Shown here piece after piece: positions 48,441-60,697 of a stretch of DNA of 64,000 nt; positions within the stretch are counted from its first letter, which is position 1; every line of letters starts with the position of its first letter. The stretch comes from Callorhinchus milii (Eukaryota). Where the stretch lies: contig NW_024704742.1 in assembly GCF_018977255.1 (NCBI RefSeq), positions 76,634,001-76,698,000 on the forward strand, written 5' to 3'. A model generated the notes under the pieces. That model was not told the DNA's origin, did not search any database, and saw nothing but the letters and a program-made list of their open reading frames with translations. The position numbers and the translations under genes are program-made.

Positions 48441-48892
48441 CCATCACTGGATAGGTACTTAGAACAGATTGCACCGCTATGTGGTAAAAGCGGGGGAATG
48501 GGACTGGTTGATAGCTCTTTCAAAGAACCGGCACAGGCACAATGGGCTGAATGGCCTCCTGTGCTGTAAGATTCTATGATAATAAATGATAATAATTTTG
48601 CCCCCAAATACAGTCAATTCACTTTACAGTATATTCTGTGAAGCACTTTCAGACGTCTCTACAAATGTAAAATGTAAGTGGTGGTGTTGTATCACCGATG
48701 TGATAAGGTGCTATATCAAATACAAAGCTTATTATAATATTAACAATAATAACAATTCCTGTGCAGAATATTGCAGGTGCTGGAAAGGGACGAAGGGTCG
48801 TGGACTCTGAAATGTTGATTCACTTTCTCCATAGATGCTGCCTAACCTGAGAGTTCCCAGCGACTTCTGTTTTTGATAATAATCTTTATACG

Positions 48893-49712
48893 GTAAAGTG
48901 AATTGACTGTATATTTGTGGGCGAAATGCAGCAGCCAATTGCACGCAGCAGTGTCCCACAAACAGTCATGGATTGAAAATGACCAATTTATTATTGTTTT
49001 GTTTTGGAGGGATTATTAGGTGTGTGGAGTAAGGAAACTTGCCCAAGGTTTCGCCCTGTGCCTGGAACTGAACCCAGGTGTCTCGCTTGCAAGAAAGGAC
49101 AGTTGAGGGTCATTACCCGACTCTGTCACTGCCTCACCCCTCAGGCCGCTGAGACCCTCATGCATGCATTTGTTACATCTAGGCTCAACTACGCCAACTC
49201 CCGTTTTGGCTTTTCTAACTCTTCCCTCCACAAGCTCCAGATCATTCAGAACTCTACAGTTTGTGACCTCTCCCACATTAGGCTCTGTGACCCTATCACC
49301 CTCATCCTCACCCGACTCCACTGACTCCCCATCCCCCAGAGGATAGTTCATAATCCTCATCCTCGCCTTCAAAACCCTTCATGGTCTTGTTCCTTCCAAC
49401 CTCTGTGATCTGTCCACTGCCTGTGGCCTGCTCCATGTCTCCCCCCGGCCCGTCCCAATTCGGTGGTCGGGCCTTCAGCCACTCTGCCCCCACCCTCTAG
49501 AACTGTATCCCACAGTCCCTTCTCCTCGTTTCCTCCCTTGCCTACTTCAAGGCACTTTTCAAGATCCTCCTCTTCAATTGGGCCTTCGGTCACCCTCCTA
49601 CCCCTACCCTCACTGCCCTCCACCCCTCCTGATCCCAATCCCCTGCTCAGGTCCAGCGCCTTGGGACGTCCACCTGATGTGAAAGGCGCTATACAAATGT
49701 AATTTGTTGTTG
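48893..49712. mobile_element. SINE (- strand, 48893-49095) abutting an L2 3' fragment (+ strand, about 49110-49712)
   Basis: SINE body and head on the - strand; LTPQAAETLMHAFVTSRLNYANS and an L2 tail on the + strand. Confidence 0.8.
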
Positions 49713-52529
49713 TATCGAGGATTTGTTAATTCTGACACCTGTATTTCTCTATTATTTCCAATCTTCTTTACCTTTCATTTTCTTAACTTCATACATTTCA
49801 ATTTTTTTAAGCTCCCATCTCCAATCAAAGTCAACTCTCAATAACAGATTCAGTTTATTTTCATCACTGCCTTCTCAAACAAGTCTTGTCTATATTCTGC
49901 AATTTCCTCAATATTTCTATTTCACTTCAATTCTGATTCTCTCCACTGTTGTCTTTCGCCATCTCCTCAGCCTGCATTTACTCTCTGAAGCCACATCAAG
50001 GCAGTTTCTGCTTGCTGTCATTTGCTGCATGCATTCACTGCTTTTATCCTGTTTCCACCCTTGAATTCTCTTTTTGATTTCATTATGTCGGGAAAACATC
50101 TGCATTCTGATGTTCAGAAGGTTGTCTCATGTTGTGACACTGATGCAGAATTAAATATCAGCATTCCGGTAACTGATGAGTCTGTACTGTTGACAACTCC
50201 TGACACAATTCTGTATCCATGTACTTTTTCTCTAAATACACATTTGGCAAAAAAAGTTGAAAGTATGTAATACCATACTTTAAAATGTATTGAAAGGGGA
50301 ATACCGCTATTTGATTTTTAAGATTAAGATGTATTTGTAAAAGTCAGGAAAGTGTCACAATATTCGTTTCCAAAATTTTCCACAATGGGCAAAATACAAA
50401 ATACAAAAGTTCAAATTCTAAAATAATTTGCGGTTTAATAAATAGCTTGCCCTGTAGAGTGTACTAGTATTATACTATATTGTTAAACCCACATTATGTT
50501 GGTGCAGTATTTTCTGGTGTGCTTGGGGACTCTGTGATGATAATAATAATAATCCTTGCATTTGATATAGCGCCCTATCCTGTCTTTGAGACGTATCAAA
50601 GCGCTTCACAGAATATACTGTAAAGTGAATCAGGCAGCTAAGTGATATTCAGATGTGCAGCGTTCCCCTAATTCCTAAAGATTGAACAAAGGAGAGAGTA
50701 CACACTCCATACCACACAAAGAGAAATTTCCAACTCTTGGTTTGGATAACCTTAAGCATGATGATGGGTTTTGCATTGGATCACACATTGATCCAAAGGT
50801 CCCATCTGAAATTCCCCACGCTTAAAGATTATTCCGCTACAAAGTAGTGTCCATGGTAAATACAGTATTTATTTGGACATCATCTCTATGATTTTTGATG
50901 TATAAAACAATTCTATTTATTCATTTCTTGTACAACACCCATTTTCTTCAGAAAACAGTACACACAATCTGCCAGCCCTTGACACCATAACATTGGTGTC
51001 AGTGGAGCCAGTCGGCTTCTCCATCCCAATTTCCTACGTTTTCACTCCTAGTAATGTTTTGCCATTAATGGTACGTTAAGTTCCTCCTGCCATTTTATTT
51101 GAGTTGTTGATGCAGCGGATCCCTCCTAAGTGCCTTTCTGCATCACCTTATTTTTGTTGATAGACCTGGGGAAGGTGTGGGTGGAGGGGGACTCAAGATT
51201 CTAAAGCAAAGCAAATTTTACAATGCAGAATGGTTGAATCTAAATTTGGCGTATTGAGTAGTTGTTTTAATTAAAGCTTCCTCCTGCTGTAAGCACAACG
51301 ATTTACTGTAATTTAAGGGAATATTTCTCCACAGGTAATATTTAAGCTTTCCTATTTAAGATGGTCCTTGGTGGATTTGTCTTAAAACTAAATTAGAAAG
51401 CTCTATGGTTTTGAGGTATTCTTGAACAGTATTTTATTAAAAACAAATATTTTATATTATTAGACTTGGCAAAGGAGGTGAGGAGGATCACATGGTCCAC
51501 TGTATTAATTGGGTGTAGCTGTGTCTATTTGTGACAGATTAGTGCAGGAATTAACTAAAAAGTGATTGAAAGGTTGATGGAAAGACGGTAATTACAGACC
51601 TGCAGAATACTTTACTAAGATTCTGTAAATGAACCGTGGTCTCATCTGTATTCTTCAGGGGGATATTAAAGATGTATGTAAAAAGGAAAGGGAGTTTCTT
51701 CAGTGTCCTGGCCATCTGATTAATTCACTCATTCACCTCATGGTTGTTTTAGTGACCTTGCTGTGGGCAAATGATTACTCTGTTTGCATACAAATTACTA
51801 CAAGTTACTGCACAATTGCAATACATATTGCAATACATATTAAGTACATTGAGATATTTCTTGTGACACAGTGCTATCAAAGTACATGTTTGTTCTTAAA
51901 TGAGTATCCCTTTAAATTGAAAAGCTAAAACGCATTATTTAAATTATTGTAGTAGTTGATAGTTCACATGATATTGTGGATTACTTCTAACTGTACATAG
52001 CAGAAAGCTGGAAACTGCAGTAAAGCAATAACATTTTTGATTATATTAATGCCCATTCTCATTACATTGCTGATGTACTATTATTGATAGTTAATTACAG
52101 GGAATATACAGGAAAATTGTGGTCAGCACAACAAATGCTCTTTAGCATTTGAAGGATTCGAGTTCAGGTGGCTGAGGAAATTATAATATTTGCATGCATC
52201 ACATGTAAAGGTGTGTCAGGTTGTGAGGGATATTTTACATTCTGTAACACTGACACGTGAAACCAAAAGGGAGGGAGTACTTCAGTAAAGTCCTTCACAA
52301 ACTAATACAAAAAAAGAAGATGCTAATTTTATATTTAAAAATGTTTGAAGTCAGATATGTTTAAAATTATACTGCTTTGTTGGAAAGCTAACATAAGTGG
52401 ACTGAAAACATACTCTGTCTATGGTCAGTTCCAGATTTAAAAAATATTGAACTGGTATGCCCCTCTGTTGTTTGGGATAGATTTTTTAATATATTTACTC
52501 ATAAAATGCATGCAGATTTAGACAGATTA

Positions 52530-53160
52530 AGCTAGTGGACAGAACTGTCAGATGGTGTGTAATGTTGCAAAATGTGAGGTAGCAGACTGGGATAGAAGAA
52601 TAATAGTTGAGGATATGTCCTCAAAGTGGAAGCGTTAGGAGTGGGTAACTGAGGTGAAATACTTAGAGGTTTAAGTCCAAGGGTCATTAAATCTAGTTCA
52701 CAGGTACAGTCAGTAAGCCAAATGGGATGCTGGCTTTTATTTACAAAAGGTCTAGTATTTGAAGGTAAGGAAGTGCCGTTCCAGGTATATAGTAGTTTAT
52801 TGCACTTCCTGTGTTTTATAATAAACTTCTGGAGTATAGAGCGCTAGTCAGACGTCTTTTGGAGTTCTGTTTTCAATATAAGGCACCTCATATTAAGAAA
52901 AATGTAATAGCCTTGTAGGGTGTCCAGCAACAGTTCACTAGATTAATGTCTAGACTGAAAGGGTTTAGCTATGATGAAAGGCTGGTTATCCTGGGGTTAT
53001 ATATGTTAAAGCAGAGAAGGTTAAGAGGTGGCCTGATTAAGATATTTAGAATAATGAAAGGAATTGACAGGTTAGATAGGGGACACTTCATCTCTCTGGC
53101 ATGAGATTAAGAAGTATTTCTTTCCATAGAGATTTGTGATGATGTGGAATGCTTTGTCTC
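52530..53160 (+). mobile_element. Old CR1-clade LINE 3' fragment
   Basis: Degenerate CR1 motifs: aatgttgcaaaatgtgaggt, aagccaaatgggatgctgg, gcagagaaggttaagaggtggcctgatt (RRLRGDL-like). Confidence 0.65.
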
Positions 53161-53164
53161 AGAA

Positions 53165-55670
53165 AGAACAACAAAAACAACAACAAGATTACAATTGTAT
53201 AGCGCCTTTCACATCGGGAGGAGGTCCCAAGGCGCTGGACAGTGTACAGCATTTAGACCCGAGCTGGGGTTGTGGGGGTAAGGGAGGGGAGGGGAAGGGT
53301 GGTGGCCGATGGCACGGTCGAAGAGGAGGGTTTTGAGGTGGGACTTGAAGGAGGCTAAGGAGGGGGTGAGGGGGAGTGACTGGGGGATGGAGTTCCAGAG
53401 GTTGGGGGCAAAGTGGCTGAAGGCTCTCCCGCCAATGGTGGGTCGGGGGACGTGGAGCAGGCCGGAGTCGGCTGAGCGGAGGGAACGTGCGGGTTGATAG
53501 GGGGTTAGGAGGTCGCAAAGGTAGGGTGGGGCAAGGCCGTGGAGGGCTTTGTATGTAAGGACCAGGATCTTGAACTGGATCCTCTGAAGGATAGGGAGCC
53601 AATGGAGTCGGGGGAGAATGGGGGAGATGGGGTCACAGAGTTTGGTGCGGGAGAGGACACGGGCTTCAGAGTTCTGGATTTTCTGCAGCCTGTGGAGGGA
53701 GGAGTTGGGAAGGCTGACAAGCAGGGGTTTGCATAGTTGAGCCTGGAGGTGATGAAGGCACGAACAAAAGTTTCAGGGGCCTGAGGGGTGAGGTAGTGGC
53801 GGAGTCAGGCAATGTTACGGAGGTGAGGGAAGGCAGAGCGGGTCATGGTTGGATGTGGGGAAGAAAAGTCAGTTGAGGGTTGAACAAGACCCCTAGGTTC
53901 CTGACTGGTTTGGTGAGTTGTAGTGTGCAACCATGGAGGGTGATGTTGCCAGAGCCTGAGGTGCTGAGGCGCTGGTGTGAGCCAATCAGGAGGGCCTCAG
54001 TCTTGTTCACATTCAACTGTAGGAAATTTGCCCTCATCCAGGACTTGATGTCCGACAGACAGTCTGTCAGGACAGCAGTGGTCCTGGAGTTGAGGGTGAG
54101 GCAGAAAGATAGAGTTGGGTGTCATCCGCATACATGTAGAAGTTGACCCCATGTCTGCGGATGATGTCACCAAGGGGGGGCATATAGATATTAAAGAGGA
54201 GAGGGCCAAGGACAGAGCACTGGGGGACACCAGACGTGGCAGTGCGGGGGCTGGAGGAGAAGCTGTTAGAGGCAACAAAGTGGAGACGGTGAGAGAGATA
54301 GGAATCGAACCAGACAAGGGCAGATCCGTGAAGATTAAGCAAAGAGGAGAGGCAGTGTATGAGGATGGAGTGGTCGACAGTGTCGAAGGCGGCAGAGAGC
54401 TCGAGGAGGACAAGGAGGCAGAGGGAGCCCTGATCACAGATGTTCTGAATGTCACTAGTGACTTTGACCAGGGATGTTTCCGTGCTGGAGGCAGCGCGAA
54501 AGCCGGATTGGAGGGGTTCAAAGAGGGAATGGCGAGAGATAAAGGAGCAGAGCTGGGATCCGATAACTCGTTCCAGGACCTTGGAGAGGAATGGGTGGTT
54601 AGAGATGGGGTGGTAGCTGGAGAGGAGGGATGGATCCAGGGAAGGTTTTTTCAGGATGGGAATGATGACGGCCATTTTTAGGGGGTTGGGAACTGAACCA
54701 GTGGACAGGGAGAGGTTGATGACATCGGACAGGAGAGGGGCCAGAAGGTGGAGCTGGGAGACATGAGAGAGAGATGATGTGGGGGTGGCTGTGGACGGGG
54801 CTGAGGTGGCTGAATGTATCCCCTTGATTTTAAATTCGAGGAAGTCCAGCATCTCCTCACAGTTAGAGTTTGAGGAGAGGATGGGCAAGGTATGGGAAGG
54901 TGGACGGAGGAGACGGTTCGTGGTGGAAAAGAGAAGCCGGGGGTTGTCCTTTGCCTCCAAGATAACCTTGGAGCAGAAAGAGTATTTGGCAGAGGCAAGA
55001 GCACAGCAGTAGATCTTGGTGTGGTGAAGCCAAATCTGCCGATGGACCGTTAGTTTGGATTTGGTCCAGGTGTGTTCGGCAGCTCGCACTTGTGCTTTGA
55101 GAGAACGGAGATGGCTGGTGTACCAGAGGTATTTACCAGAGTATGAGGCAGTTCGGGAGGTGAGGGGGGGGCAAGGGAAAAGAGAATGGAGGAGAGGGAG
55201 TTGTGGAGAAAGGAGAGTGAGGAGGGGAGATCAGTCAGTGAGGGCCAGAGGTGTAGGAGTGCAGATGACTCCAAGGCAGTGGAGAAGGAGAGGGAGGAAA
55301 TTTTTTTCCATGGACAGTATATAATGGTGCAGGGTTGGGAAAGGGGAAGGGGTACTGAGGTGTTGAGGGAGATAATAATAATAATAATCCTTGCATTTGA
55401 TATAGCGCTTTTCACGTCGGGAGGACGTCCCAAAGCGCTTCACAGAACACACTGTAAAGTGAATTGACTGTATATTTGTGGGCGAACGCGGCAGATGAAG
55501 TGGTGGTCTGAGATGGCTTTATCGACGATGGTGATGTCCGAGATGGTGAGGCCCCGGGTGATCACCAGGTCAAGGGGGTGGCCACAGACGTGGGTGGGGG
55601 AGTGAATGAGGAGGGAGGAGAAGTCGACAGAGGTAGAGCAGGAGGTGGTGAAGTGGAGGTTGAAGTCTTA
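53165..55670 (-). mobile_element. L2-clade LINE, frameshifted, with a young SINE tail inserted at 55372-55493
   Basis: 340-aa RT fragment with QSGFR, ELSAAFDTVDH, GVPQCSVLGPLLFNIYM and YADDTQLY; (TTG)n tail at about 53165-53190. Confidence 0.92.
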
Positions 55671-56699
55671 GAAAGCTGTAGAGGTGGGATCAATAGGAAT
55701 GTTTAATAAATAGTGCGGTACTAAAGAGGTTTAGCAAAAGCGCAAGGCATTGGGATTAAAAGATCTATCAAAAGCTAATTAAAAAAACATTTATTTTACT
55801 TTTATATAGCGCTTTTCGGGACATGCAGCTGTCTCAAACCATTTCACAGAAATTTTGGGAGTCCCAAGCTGAGGGAGGAGGGGGAGAATGTGGTTGAAAA
55901 TAAAAGTATTAAGCTTAAAGGTGGGGAGAAAGGGGGTGGGCAGAGGCATTCTGAGACGGCCGAATAGTTGAAAATCATCTACCGATAGTGGGTCAGGTTG
56001 GGGGGGGACATAAAGTAGCCTGGTGTTCGCTAAGTAATAGAAATAGCTCGGGTGGTAAGCTTGCACAAGGATGCAGAGATAAGGTTGCACAAGGACACAG
56101 GTAAGGTGGGGCAAAGGCTTGGGATTTAAATGCGAGAACAAGGAATTTGAAATGGGCAATGTGGACAAGTGGAAGAGAAAAGAGCATAATAAACTGATGG
56201 AACAGGCTCAATGAATTGAATGTTGTCCTTCTGTTCTTGTTTTCCTATGTTCCTGAATCTATTTCACAACAAATAAAGATTGCAAGGGAAATATATTTTA
56301 TGGGACATGATGTTCTGTGCTGCTGGAGAAGTGGAGAAAAACAAATTATGGTTGAATAGACTGAGATGTGGATGTGGAATTCTGTGAAATTTTGGCTTGG
56401 TTATCTTTGACACTCAGGGACATTCAGTTCTACCTTTGGATGTAGAATTTTCTCCCATGAAGTAATGGACAAGTGGAGTAAATAATGGAAACATAGAAAC
56501 AATAGTAGGCCATTCAGCTCCTGGAGCCTGTTCTGCTATTCTATAAGATCTGTAACTCCTTGATCCCCTGAACTAACAAATATATAGGGTAGTCTCTAGA
56601 TGGAGTGGGTTTGATGAGCCAAATTGTCTTTTTGTGTTCTGTGGGGTTTGTTGTTCTTATGATAACAAAACTACAGTAGTTAAAAGTTGTGTTGTTATT

Positions 56700-56882
56700 T
56701 TTTGAAGAGTATATTATCCCCAGAAAAGCGATTAACTAACAACCGGTTGCCTACTTACTGCTGGGGAATCAGAGGTATGTTGAATAAGGAAACTTGCCTA
56801 AGGTTTCGCCCTGCCCAGGAATTGAACACGGGTTCTTTCGCTTGCGAGCCAAGCGATCTAAATAATACACTACAGGATTCCA
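56700..56882 (-). mobile_element. 5' half of a tRNA-SINE
   Basis: - strand head gtggaatcctgtagtgtatt...gttcaattcctgggcagggcgaaacc. Confidence 0.7.
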
Positions 56883-57134
56883 CATACCTGGATGTATGAC
56901 TTTACACAGAGAGTAATCAACTGTGGAATGAATTATCAGAAAGGGTGATGGAGGCCAGAATACTGAATTCAGTTAAGAAACAACTTGATGATGTACTGGG
57001 TCGGTTTTCTGGAAGGATGAGATCAAATTACCTTTACTTTTATACTTTTTTTTAACTTGTGCTTTTTTTTAAATTTCGAGCTGAATATTTTTTAAAAAAT
57101 TGTTTTTTCAGTTTTTGGTAAACAGAGGCAAAGG

Positions 57135-57175
57135 ATGGCAGCTGATACAATGGAAATTGATGATTCCTTATACAG
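57135..57175 (+). CDS. UBA6: UBA6 (E1 for ubiquitin/FAT10), first coding exon (exon begins at about 57112)
   Basis: Acceptor tgttttttcAG ends at 57111; aggATGg at 57135; MAADTMEIDDSLY(S) compares with human MSTASVEIDDALYS; donor AG|GTAAGA at 57175/57176, phase 2. Confidence 0.88.
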
Positions 57176-57300
57176 GTAAGAACACAGATGAGTTACTCAA
57201 GTAAGTAATTACCTAAGTCCCAAAGTTGGTCTTACAGCACACTACATTAACCAAACATTGCTTTTGGATCAAATAGGAACTATTTTCAACTCTTACAGTT

Positions 57301-58238
57301 CATAGAATCATGGAATTGTACAGCACAGAAGGAGGCCATTTGGCCTATTTTGTCTGTGCCGGCTCTTTGAAAAGGGCTATCCAATTCAATGCCACTCCCC
57401 CGCTCTCTCCCTATCGCTGAAAATGTGTCCTTCCCAAATAATTATCTACTTCTCTTAAAAGTTGTTATTGAATCGGCTTCCACCACCCTTTCAGGCAATG
57501 CATTCCAGATCCAAACAACTCAATGTGTGAAAAGATTTCTTCTCACCTTCTATTTCTTTTAAATCGATGTCCTTGGGTTACTGACCCACCCGCCAGTGGA
57601 AATAGCTTCTCCTTGTTCACCCTGTTGAATCTCCTCATAATTTTGAAAACTTCCATTAAGTCTCCTCTTAACCTTCTCTGCTCCAAAGAGAATAATCCCA
57701 GCTTCTCGAGCCTCTCCTGATAACTGAAGTCCCCTATTCCTGGTACCACCTTGATAAGTCTCCTTTGCACCCTCTCCAATGCCTTGACATCCTTCCTAAG
57801 TGTGGTGCCCAGAACTGAACACAATACTCTAGCTGAGGCTTAACCAGTGTTTTATAAAGGTTTATCATAGCTTCCTGACATTTGTATTCTATGCCCCTAT
57901 TTGTAAAGCCTAGTATCCTGTATGCTTTTTAACAGCTTTATCTACCTGTCCTGCCACCTTCAAAGATTTACTTATATGAATCCCCAGGTCTCTCTGTTCC
58001 TTCATCCCTTTAAGATTGTACCATCAGCTTATATTGCCTCTCCTCATTCTTCCTCTCAAAATGCATCACTTCACATTTCTCCACATTAAACTTCTTCTGC
58101 CATGTGTCTGACCATTTTACCAGTCTATCTATGTCCCCTTGCAGTCTGCTATGATCCTCCTCATTGTTACTACTTTTCCTAGTTTAGCATCATCTGCAAA
58201 CTTGGAAATTGTACTCTATACCCAAGTCCAGGTCATTT
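57301..58238 (-). mobile_element. CR1-clade LINE 3' fragment
   Basis: KDVKALERVQRRLIKVVPG...SYQERLEKLGLFSLEQRRLRGDLMEVFKIM, a classic CR1 ORF2 C-terminus; (ATTCTATG)-type tail. Confidence 0.9.
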
Positions 58239-58839
58239 TAGTTTTCTTTAAGGGGGATGGGGGGAGGGTCTTGCTGTGCAGAGATTTTTCTCATTGAGCT
58301 CTTGTTAACCTTGTGACCTTGGGATGTCCTCCCGATGTGAAAGGTGCTATACAAATGTAATCTTGTTGTTATCTTACAAGCTAAAGCCCTAATGGGTAGG
58401 GTACGAGCTTCATAAGCAGCACAGTGTTTCCAGGCAGTGTTTTCTATGGCAAGCTATCTAGTTTTATTTGATTAAACTCCAGGAGTACTCTTGACCACAC
58501 TAGGGTTTCCAAGTCATGGCTCTTGGCAACCTTCAGCTATTAGTCTCTGGAGTAATCAGGATGCTTTCCTCCAGGGAGAGATGCACATTTTATTCCAAAT
58601 ACAAGAATTTCCATGTGTACGTGGCACTCATCGAACTCTGTCTGCTCTGGATCCTCTTAAGCAATGTGGTGGGTTTCCGCATGTGTCAGAACCTCTTTAG
58701 TTGACCAAAAAATGTCTCTCTTTCTCTCTTGACCTTATCAGGGTTGTGGATAACATCTGGAGCTCACTTAATGGCTCATTGGGTGAATACACAATCTGGT
58801 ATGCTAATAATGTATGACGAGAAAGAAACAGGTTCAATC

Positions 58840-59382
58840 TTCCCTCCACAAGCTGTAGACCATCCAGAACTCTGCAGTTCATATCCTCTCCTGCACTAAG
58901 CTCTATAAGTCTTATCACGCCCATCTGTGCCATCTCCATTGGCTCCCCTTCCCTAGAGGATTGAGTTCAACAACCTCGTCCTCACTTTTAAATCCCTCCA
59001 CAATCTTGCCCACCTCTGCAACCTCCTCAAGCCCTACCAACCTGGTCGCTCTCTTCACTCGGCAGGTGCTGGCCTGCTTCATGTTCCCCTGCCCTGCCAC
59101 CGCACCATCAGCAGTTGGGCTTTCAGCCTATCTGCCCTATTCTGTGGAACTTCATTCCTGAGTCCCTTCACCTTATCCCTTCCCTCGCATCCTTCAAGGT
59201 CCAACTCAAGACCTTCCTCTTTGACTGTGCCTTTGGTCATCTTCCCACCCCAAACCTCTTGGTCCCCACCATTTCCGAATCCTCCCGAGCCCAAACCCCA
59301 GTATGGGTGCAAACTTAACTGTCTAGCGCCTTGGGACGTTCTCCCACTGTGAAGGGCTTTATATAAATGCAATATGTTGTTT
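58840..59382 (+). mobile_element. Degraded L2 3' fragment
   Basis: LWNFIPESLH...SFKVQLKTFLF; tail gcgccttgggacgttctccc. Confidence 0.8.
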
Positions 59383-60602
59383 TGATCTGTTCTGAGTTTG
59401 TTGATTTAAGAAAGCTACAGTTTAATTTTAGGCGATTACAGATTTAAGGAATTTCCCCTGTGCTGGGAAGGAATACATTTAACATAAGTATCTCTATGCT
59501 GAGATGGGAAACAATTAGCCTCAGCTCTTCTGCTCAGAAAGGAAAAAAGTTAATCTCAGCTCCTCTGTGTTGAGAGGTAGAAAATTAACAGGGTTCAGTG
59601 ATGGAAAGAAATTGGACCTATCTAATATGTAAAGCAAATTAGCAACAAGATAGAATTTAAATTATGAGATTTTTTTGACTCAGGCTTCGGGTATGATTTA
59701 CTGTAAGGTATAATTAACAATTTATCCTCTTCAGTACATACGCTTTTTGGGAGCGAACAAGATAAGATCTTTAAAGTGGTTGAAAGAGGTATAAGGAAGC
59801 TACTTAATGTGATTTGATTGGCAAATCTGAAGGACTCAGGCCTTCTATACATCCCTGAAGAGGATGATCTTCAGATCGCATCTGAAGACCGTCCTCTGAC
59901 TGTGCCTATGGTCATCTCTGCTCACTCTGTGTCAAGCTCCACCCATGTTAAGTGCTCTGAGATGCTAGGCGCTATATAAGTGTAATTTGTTGTTTCATTT
60001 GTCCAGGAGATCGGGAGAAACTTCCCTTCTTCGAACAGTGCCACAGAATCTTTAAAATCCACCTGAACAGACAGTTATGTCCTTGGTTTAACGTAGTATG
60101 TGTCTCATCATAAGTAAAGGGACTTGGTTCAAATGACGTTTTCTTGTTCCATACTATTGTTTTTTTATTGGCTTCATTAAGTTTGAGGTTTGTGGAGTCA
60201 TGGTGCTGTGGGATTGCATGGAAGGACCTATAAAAGGGGCCCATAGCACCATGCATATACTTGCTAACATTTATGATTTTTGGTGTAATTATTATGGCTT
60301 ATCTTTGACACTGTGAATGTGGTTGCTTTATATCAAGTCCCTTATTCACAAAGACACATGTTTGTAATGATGTGTGTGTCCGAAGTAGATTGTTTGCCAA
60401 ACAGAATAAGGAGTTGAAGCGCACTCTGCTTAAAGCATCAGCGTGATTGGTATACATTGCAATGCTTTTCCAGATGCAGGTTATTGACCAGATGTTGCAT
60501 CAATAAGGTGGAGAAAGCAGATTAAAACTGAGGTGCATTTATCCATTATTTTTATCCCTATGCCTTCCGCCCTCTTTTTTTCACATGTTTCTTTCTATGC
60601 AG

Positions 60603-60697
60603 CCGTCAGAGATATGTGCTTGGAGACAATGCAATGCATCAGATGGCCCAGTCCCATGTTTTCCTAAGTGGCATTGGTGGCTTGGGTGTGGAGATTG
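60603..60697 (+). CDS. UBA6: UBA6, next coding exon (gene continues beyond the window)
   Basis: Acceptor tttctttctatgcAG; (S)RQRYVLGDNAMHQMAQSHVFLSGIGGLGVEI(A) compares with human RQRYVLGDTAMQKMAKSHVFLSGMGGLGLEIA. RQRYVLGD separates UBA6 from UBA1 (RQLYVLGH). Donor G|GTAAGT; phases are compatible with the previous exon. Confidence 0.93.

Noticed and set aside
54067..55089. Reverse transcriptase ORFs as functional or domesticated genes
   Set aside because: All L2 and CR1 copies in the window are truncated or frameshifted repeat fragments.
59850..59895. Hammerhead-like CTGAAGA-stem-GAAG motif
   Set aside because: GAAA is not intact and I could not find a closing stem I.
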